Origin: Bacillota bacterium
GTDB lineage: Bacteria > Bacillota_I > Bacilli_A > RFN20 > CAG-288
Assembly (NCBI GenBank): GCA_023459795.1
Contig: JAEWSP010000018.1
Location: forward strand, 30,946-94,945
DNA: 64,000 nt
Direction: 5' to 3'
Numbering within the stretch: the stretch's first letter is position 1; each line of letters opens with the position of its first letter. The notes under the pieces were generated by a model, which worked only from the letters and a program-made list of their open reading frames with translations, searched no databases and had not been told where the DNA came from. A program made the translations under genes and the position numbers. Positions 58,141 through 64,000 of this stretch are shown piece after piece.

Positions 58141-59175
58141 TCAGGATGATTTTTGTTTGTCTTTTTTGTCTCCTAGCTTCACCAGAAGCACAGAGATAAT
58201 TATTCCAAGAGCAAGGAACGGAATTCCAAGAGCGGCATCTACGATTTCTCCCCGGGTAAGTGCACCTGTATCCTGAATCTGGAAATACCATTTCATATAG
58301 GCATCGATGAAGACTTCCCTGGAACAGAACATCATCAGGATAGAACCTAAAGACAGACCGACGATGGCTTCATTGGTAAGCTGCCTGTGCTTGCTGAAGC
58401 AATGATCCACCAGAACATTCGTAAAGAAGAATCCAAGAGCAAAGCCGACACCTAGAAGAGCATATATTACAAAGATAAGAGGATGAATAACCCAGTACCC
58501 AATATGTACTGTGTCTAGAATTCCGGAATAGATTCCGATCATCATGCAGAAGGCACTTCCGCTAAGGCCAGGAACAACCTGGGTAAGACCGATTACCATA
58601 CCGATTGGAGCAATCAATAGATATAGGGAAACAGGATAGGTAGTTCCAAATGCCTGGTCCGCTTTTTCATAAAGGGTAGATGAGGAATCAATGACTGGAC
58701 GCTGGAAGATCTCGCTGCGAGTAAAATACAAAGTCAGGAAACAGATAAGAGCAGGAATCAGGAGTCCTAAAACCATCATCAACCAATCCTTGGATTGTTT
58801 CTTATAACCTTTAATATTCCTCTGCAAAACGGGGAAGGAACCAATCATCAATCCGGCAAAGAGAAGTATGGTCGAAAATGGCAGTACCTTAAGCAGGGCT
58901 TGCAACCCAAAAAGACCGGCCAGAAATCCAATCGCGTTTCCAATATAAGTGGGAAGAAGGAAAAGGAAGCAGCGTTTGAAATCTTTAAAAATATGAGCAT
59001 TGGCATAAACGATCTTGTCGTACAAGCCAAAGACCATCATCAAAGCAGGAGAACTGACTCCCGGAATAATTGCAAATAGCCCCATAGCGACTCCCAAAAG
59101 CATGGCGTGGAAGAAACCTTTCCGATCATATTTGACAAAGTCGAATGTGTTAGAGTTTTCTTGTGGTTTTTCCAT
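58141..59175 (-). CDS. DUF368-family membrane protein (polyprenyl-phosphate transporter family)
   Basis: Duplicated motif IIPGVSSPALMMVFG and VVPGLSGSAFCMMIG; about 10 TM segments. Confidence 0.7.
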   Translation of the reverse strand: MEKPQENSNTFDFVKYDRKGFFHAMLLGVAMGLFAIIPGVSSPALMMVFGLYDKIVYANAHIFKDFKRCFLFLLPTYIGNAIGFLAGLFGLQALLKVLPFSTILLFAGLMIGSFPVLQRNIKGYKKQSKDWLMMVLGLLIPALICFLTLYFTRSEIFQRPVIDSSSTLYEKADQAFGTTYPVSLYLLIAPIGMVIGLTQVVPGLSGSAFCMMIGIYSGILDTVHIGYWVIHPLIFVIYALLGVGFALGFFFTNVLVDHCFSKHRQLTNEAIVGLSLGSILMMFCSREVFIDAYMKWYFQIQDTGALTRGEIVDAALGIPFLALGIIISVLLVKLGDKKDKQKSS

Positions 59176-59277
59176 TACTTTATCTTCCTTTTTTCGATAG
59201 AACTTATTATACATAATAATTCCTTTATTACCACCATTTCAAACTGTGTTTTTGGCAAAAAAACCTTGTCAATAAAG

Positions 59278-59674
59278 TTTTCCACAATTTATAAAAATAG
59301 AAAAGAAGTATACAAACAGTGTTTTCGAATCGATTTACCACCATTTCTATAGTGGTGGAGAACAGAGGTGGATAACAAAGTAGTAAAGTGGATAACTTTG
59401 GCATGTTATCCACCACTTGTCCACCAAAAATAGAGTTATCAACCGGTTGTTTGTAACCCATAATTATTATGGTGGATAAGTGCAAAAAGCCTTTATATAT
59501 AGCAAAGATTTTGTTGTTGATAACTTTCCTTTTGTGGATAACTTATCAACTTATCCACCGTGAAGTTATCCACACCCCGTTTAACCACCGTATATCCACT
59601 ATACACCACGGTGGATAAGTGGTTTTAATATTTTTTATACTTAACGATTTCTTCTCATATAAGTTGGTGGATAA
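59278..59674. promoter_or_regulatory. oriC part 1: DnaA-box cluster upstream of dnaA
   Basis: At least 12 matches to TTATCCACA with 2 or fewer mismatches on both strands. Perfect copies lie at 59533-59541 (minus) and 59566-59574 (plus). TTATCCACC/GGTGGATAA copies start at 59367, 59406, 59471, 59551, 59610 and 59666. Confidence 0.85.
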
Positions 59675-59743
59675 CTTTTTTCTTTCTTCTATCCAGAACG
59701 AATTAGGGTATAATCAAGAGGCTTTGAGTAGGAGGGGTGGAGA

Positions 59744-61135
59744 ATGAAAGAAACAACAATCAACCGGCAGACAGAAAGAATCTTCCTGCTCGTCCTGGAA
59801 AATCTGAAAGAAAAGGTTCCGCAGAATATCTACGACAATGTTTTCGGTGACGGATCTTTTGGCCTGAAATCATTGGATGGCGGAAAGGCTGTTTTTGTTT
59901 CCGATAGTGAGTCTTCTGCTCAGCTTATCAAAGCTCTTTATCTCACTCCTCTTACCAATATTCTTCACGATGTAACATCGGATGAATATGAGGTGGAAGT
60001 GACAGATAGAGCCAGTTATTCCAGAAGAAAAATAGCGGTTGAGGATGCCTCTGCGCGTTTCTTCCAGAACAGCCACCTATCTCCCGCCTTCCAATTCGAT
60101 AATTTTGTAGTAGGATCCAATAATAAAGCTGCTTATCAGGCCGGGTTATTCGCTGTTGCAAAACCAGGCGTCAGCAATCCTATCTTCCTTTATTCCAAAT
60201 CCGGCATGGGAAAGACTCATTTACTGCAGGCAATCGGTAATGCCTACAAGGAGCAGCATCCGGACAGCAACGTCCTTTATATTACATCGGATGATTTTAT
60301 TGAAGAATTCGTTAAATATAGCAAAGGACTCAAAGATAGCGAGAATCTGAAAGACTTTTTCTCTACTATCGATATGCTTCTTGTAGATGATATTCAATTC
60401 CTTGCCGACAAAGACAAAACTCAGACAATGTTCTTCAATGTGTTCAATCTTCTTGTTGGACAGGGAAAACAAATTGTCTTAACCTCTGATAAGTCCCCGA
60501 TGCAGCTCTCGGAAATGGGAGATGAACACCTTCAGGACAGACTCGTCAGTCGTTTCAGCGGAGGACTTTCTATCTCCATCACGACTCCGGCCAGAGAAAC
60601 GATGATCGAGATTTTGAAGATGAAGATACGGAATAACGGATTAGATCTTTCTCTATTTGCTCCGGAAGTCCTGGAATACCTCGCCAACAACTACAGTACT
60701 AATGTCCGTGTTCTGGAAGGAGCCTTCACAAAAGTCCTCTTCGAAATGACGATTGAGAAACCCCAGGGAAAGATTACTCTTCCCTTCGTGAAGTCCATCT
60801 TCGAAGATGATGAATCCCATCGCAAGATGAAAGGCAAGGTCAGCGTAGAAGAGATTATCTCTATCGTATCCGACTACTACTCTTTGACTTCTTCCCAGCT
60901 GAAAAGCAAAGTCCGGACGAGTCAGATTGCCTTAGCCAGACAGATTGCTATGTACCTAAGCAGAAACGTCCTCTCTCTCCCTTATCAGGAGATTGGAAAA
61001 GCCTTCGGCAAGGACCATACGACCGTTCTTGCAAACGTTCAGAAGATTGAATCCATGAAGGGGAAGGATACGAGAGTCGAAACAGCACTTCTAGAGCTGA
61101 AAAAGACGATCAGTAAGGAGAGCAGCCAAGCATAA
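59744..61135 (+). CDS. dnaA: chromosomal replication initiator DnaA
   Basis: 463 aa. Walker A SKSGMGKTHLL, box VII, and C-terminal DNA-binding helix GKAFGKDHTTVL. Confidence 0.95.
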   Translation: MKETTINRQTERIFLLVLENLKEKVPQNIYDNVFGDGSFGLKSLDGGKAVFVSDSESSAQLIKALYLTPLTNILHDVTSDEYEVEVTDRASYSRRKIAVEDASARFFQNSHLSPAFQFDNFVVGSNNKAAYQAGLFAVAKPGVSNPIFLYSKSGMGKTHLLQAIGNAYKEQHPDSNVLYITSDDFIEEFVKYSKGLKDSENLKDFFSTIDMLLVDDIQFLADKDKTQTMFFNVFNLLVGQGKQIVLTSDKSPMQLSEMGDEHLQDRLVSRFSGGLSISITTPARETMIEILKMKIRNNGLDLSLFAPEVLEYLANNYSTNVRVLEGAFTKVLFEMTIEKPQGKITLPFVKSIFEDDESHRKMKGKVSVEEIISIVSDYYSLTSSQLKSKVRTSQIALARQIAMYLSRNVLSLPYQEIGKAFGKDHTTVLANVQKIESMKGKDTRVETALLELKKTISKESSQA

Positions 61136-61138
61136 GAC

Positions 61139-61170
61139 AACAGGCTTTCGGGAAACCGAAGCCTGTTTTT
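61139..61170 (+). terminator. intrinsic terminator after dnaA
   Basis: CAGGCTTTCGG-gaaa-CCGAAGCCTG followed by TTTTT. Confidence 0.75.
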
Positions 61171-61180
61171 CTTTCTTCTT

Positions 61181-61500
61181 GGTGGATTGAGTGGAAAACG
61201 GTACTTTTATCCACAGAAATCTGGGGATAAAAGAGCATATAATTTCATTAGTTTCGCTTAGCTTTTCGATATAAATAAAGGAAATTTTATTAAATTGCTG
61301 TTCAGTCTAAAAAGTTATCCACATTTCCACCGCCCTTATTAATATCCTTATTTCGTATTTGAAGAATGACATTCTATAGCCGGCAAAGCCGGCCCCTTCT
61401 CGGAAAACGGATAACAAAACAAATTTCGGCACGAAAAAGACCAGTTTATCGATTTACCTATAGCACCTACAAATATATATATTTATAATATATATATCGC
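61181..61500. promoter_or_regulatory. oriC part 2: DnaA boxes plus AT-rich candidate unwinding element between dnaA and dnaN
   Basis: Perfect TTATCCACA at 61207-61215 and 61315-61323, and TGGGGATAA at 61222-61230. An almost pure A/T run, largely alternating TA, spans 61469-61497. Confidence 0.75.
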
Positions 61501-61522
61501 TAATAAAGGGAGATCTAAAATC

Positions 61523-62677
61523 ATGAAATTGACAATAAAGAGAACGGAACTTCTACGCCTTCTGACATACGCTATCCAGGCTATTCCGGCAAAGTCTGCC
61601 GAAGCCCAGTATATGAATTTTCTGATCGACTGCGAAGAGGACCATGTCGATATCATTGCCTCGGATGGCAATGTCTCGACCAAGATCAATCAGCCGATGA
61701 AGGATCCCAAAGGCAATGACGTCATTCTCAACATCGAAAAGGGATTGATCCAAACTCCCGCCAGAATGCTTTTAGATATCGTTGCTAAGATGGGCGGAGA
61801 TGTCGTCACCTTAGCATTAGTGGATTCCAATTTCCTGAATATCTCGGATGACACCACGGATTTCAATCTCGTTACCAAAGACGGAAAAGAATACCCGGAT
61901 GTCAATCTTACGGTTCCGGAAGGCAAGAAAGGTTTCGCTGTCTCCCTCAAGGATATGAAATCCCTCTTTGATACTACTAGCTATGCCGTTGCTACCCGTG
62001 GACCGAAGGAACTCTTCTACGGCATCAACGTCAAGGCTCATGGTGGCAAGCTTTATTTCATGGCTACCGATAGTTATAGAATGGCTCAGAATGCTGTTTC
62101 CGAACCGGATACCGAAGCAGAATTCTCCTTCACCTGCCCGATCCATGCTCTCAGCATGGTGACCGGCATCGGACAGACCGGAAACTGCCAGATCTTCATC
62201 GATGATCAGTCTGCTCTCTTCGTCACGGATGGCATTGCTCTTTCTACCAGACTTCTTAGAGGAGACTTCCCGTCTGTTGATCGTCTTATTCCGCCGGAAT
62301 TCCCGTATCAGGTAACGGTCAAGACAAGCGAATTCCTTTCTGCTGCAGACCGTGTAAAGATCATCTCCAGCGTCGAAGACAGGAACTCCCAGGTACGTTT
62401 CACTATCAGCCGCGAGAACGGCGTGACGATTTCCGCCCGTTCCACGAATTTCGGTACCTCCCAGGAAGTACTGAAGAATGCTACTTTCCAGATCAAAGAA
62501 GGAGAAGACGTCTTTGAGATCGGCTTCAATGTCGACTTCGCCATTGCTGCTGTCAAAGCCTTGGCAACGGATTCCTTCACCTTCGTCTTTGCTTCTGCTA
62601 CCCGTATGTTTATGGTAAAGAACGATAACCCTGAGAACATTCAGATTATTACTCCGATCCGTATGTCTTCCTTCTAG
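61523..62677 (+). CDS. dnaN: DNA polymerase III beta sliding clamp
   Basis: 384 aa with an N-terminus typical of beta clamps; directly downstream of dnaA. Confidence 0.92.
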   Translation: MKLTIKRTELLRLLTYAIQAIPAKSAEAQYMNFLIDCEEDHVDIIASDGNVSTKINQPMKDPKGNDVILNIEKGLIQTPARMLLDIVAKMGGDVVTLALVDSNFLNISDDTTDFNLVTKDGKEYPDVNLTVPEGKKGFAVSLKDMKSLFDTTSYAVATRGPKELFYGINVKAHGGKLYFMATDSYRMAQNAVSEPDTEAEFSFTCPIHALSMVTGIGQTGNCQIFIDDQSALFVTDGIALSTRLLRGDFPSVDRLIPPEFPYQVTVKTSEFLSAADRVKIISSVEDRNSQVRFTISRENGVTISARSTNFGTSQEVLKNATFQIKEGEDVFEIGFNVDFAIAAVKALATDSFTFVFASATRMFMVKNDNPENIQIITPIRMSSF

Positions 62678-62802
62678 CTCTCGACAGAAAACCAAGGAGA
62701 GCGGCAAGCTCTCCTTTTTCTTCTTTTTCCTTGCCGGTTTGGTTTCTTTCTTCGGGATGGGGAGAATATAATTAAGGCAACAGCGAAAGAGGAGGGACAG
62801 GT

Positions 62803-64000
62803 ATGGATAAAAACGAAGCAAATGAGTTCTGGGAGAAAATCTTCGGAACTGCAGAGGAAGCATATGACTATGCTTCCAGAAAAATGAAGAAGGAAGATTT
62901 CCAAAATCCTACTTCTCCTTACGGCTGGGATGTAGAACCTGTCCGTCCTTTAAGCCTAGGCGGAAGCGAGAATCAGGACAACCTGATTCCGGCTACTCTC
63001 TATGCCATTGCAAAAAGAGACGGCAAGACTTCTTTCAGCATCGGAAACCTTCATTTCGAAATGCGGAAAGGCAAAGCTTATAAAAATTTCGATCTTTATG
63101 ATGTAACGGATCATGATGCTCCGTTATCCTTGAATCCTTATGATTTATCCCAGGATAAGGATTTCCATCAGAACCGCAGGAATATTGCTTTAGGCCATCC
63201 GGAACAGGAAGAGCGGCTTCAGGCTGCTTCTTTCTCTTCTCTTCCGAATAAGGATTTCTCGACTCCGATTATCAACGATATGAATGAAACCACGAGCTTT
63301 GCCGCTCCTAAGGAAGTGACCTTGGAAGAAATACAAAAGGAACAGGAAGAAGGAGAAGAGACAACAAAAGAAACGGAAGCAGCAGAAACAGAAGAACCTG
63401 CCGAAGAAACAGAAGCGACTACGGAAGAGAACACCGAAGATAATACGGAAGAGACTACGGAAGAAAATACGGAAGCAACTACAGAAGAAACTGCCGAGAC
63501 TGTAGAAGAAACTAACGAAGAGACTGTAGAAGCAGAGCCGGAGACAGAAGCAGTGTCTCAAGAGAATTCAGAAGAGACTACGGAAGCAGAACCAGAGGCA
63601 GAAGAAGCTTCCGAAGAAACAAAAGAAGAAACAACAGAAGCCCCGGAAGAAGAAAAAATCGAAACGGAGACGGAAGAAGCAACCGAGCCTACGGAAGATA
63701 CTGCTGTCGTAGAAGAAACAAACGAAGAAAAACCGGAAGAAGAACAGCGAGAAGCTTCTTCTCCTGTTTTCTTTGCTGTCAATACTCCAACCGATTCCCT
63801 TCCGGACAACCCTAAGCCGGAAACGGATGATTCTTCTGAAAATGCAGAAACCGGGGAAGAAAAAGAAACAGAAGAAAAGACAGGAGAAGTAGCGGAAGAA
63901 GCAACAGAAGCTGTAGATGCCGCCCAGGGAGAAGACAATACGGAGCCTGCTGTAGAAGCAGAAGAAAAAACAGAAGAAGCGGAAGATAATCAGCAAGAAG
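62803..64000 (+). CDS. partial CDS (3' end outside window): degenerate HNH-like N-terminal domain plus very long Glu/Thr-rich acidic tail
   Basis: Not in the supplied track because it has no stop in the window. ATG at 62803 lies 7 nt after GAGGAGGG. I translated 399 codons by hand and found no stop. The minus-strand ORFs at 63190-63996 are shadows of its GAA-rich repeats. Confidence 0.7.
   Translation, partial: MDKNEANEFWEKIFGTAEEAYDYASRKMKKEDFQNPTSPYGWDVEPVRPLSLGGSENQDNLIPATLYAIAKRDGKTSFSIGNLHFEMRKGKAYKNFDLYDVTDHDAPLSLNPYDLSQDKDFHQNRRNIALGHPEQEERLQAASFSSLPNKDFSTPIINDMNETTSFAAPKEVTLEEIQKEQEEGEETTKETEAAETEEPAEETEATTEENTEDNTEETTEENTEATTEETAETVEETNEETVEAEPETEAVSQENSEETTEAEPEAEEASEETKEETTEAPEEEKIETETEEATEPTEDTAVVEETNEEKPEEEQREASSPVFFAVNTPTDSLPDNPKPETDDSSENAETGEEKETEEKTGEVAEEATEAVDAAQGEDNTEPAVEAEEKTEEAEDNQQE

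Noticed and set aside
63190-63996. Minus-strand ORFs rich in Phe, Ser and Cys
   Set aside because: They are reverse-complement readings of the GAA/ACG-rich acidic tail of the plus-strand ORF that starts at 62803.

Overview
The window looks like an origin-proximal chromosomal segment of a low-to-moderate-GC Bacillota-type (Firmicutes-like) bacterium, and TGA is used as a stop codon. Taxonomic placement is inference only. Most of it is housekeeping. The main blocks are dnaA-dnaN with DnaA-box clusters on both sides of dnaA; dnaX-ybaB-recR-tmk-holB-ricT-rsmI; SRP RNA plus tadA; prfA-prmC; groES-groEL with a CIRCE operator; ung; tdk; a free-standing tRNA-Lys; mnmE-tatD-rnmV-rsmA; prs and ispE; trpS; an ArsR/P1B-ATPase metal module; and a heterodimeric ABC exporter.

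The items most worth a second look:
1. An ORF-poor region of about 0.75 kb (8.25-9.0 kb) sits between two convergent intrinsic terminators, just downstream of an HPr paralog that lacks His15. It contains 12 degenerate tandem copies of an 18-nt unit, which read in one frame as R-Y-D/E-x-I/V-R hexapeptides.
2. A low-GC island (43.2-46.0 kb) carries a membrane-anchored S8 subtilase operon. It lies at what appears to be a synteny and inversion breakpoint.
3. A GH3-family gene is broken by two single-base homopolymer frameshifts.
4. An unlisted ORF after dnaN, running off the window, has a degenerate HNH-like head and a very long Glu/Thr-rich acidic tail.
5. Several catalytic-residue anomalies occur: an HAD/beta-PGM-like protein with Asp8->Asn, and a tRNA-Lys with C33.

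All calls come from reading motifs in the supplied translations and the DNA. No database search was possible.
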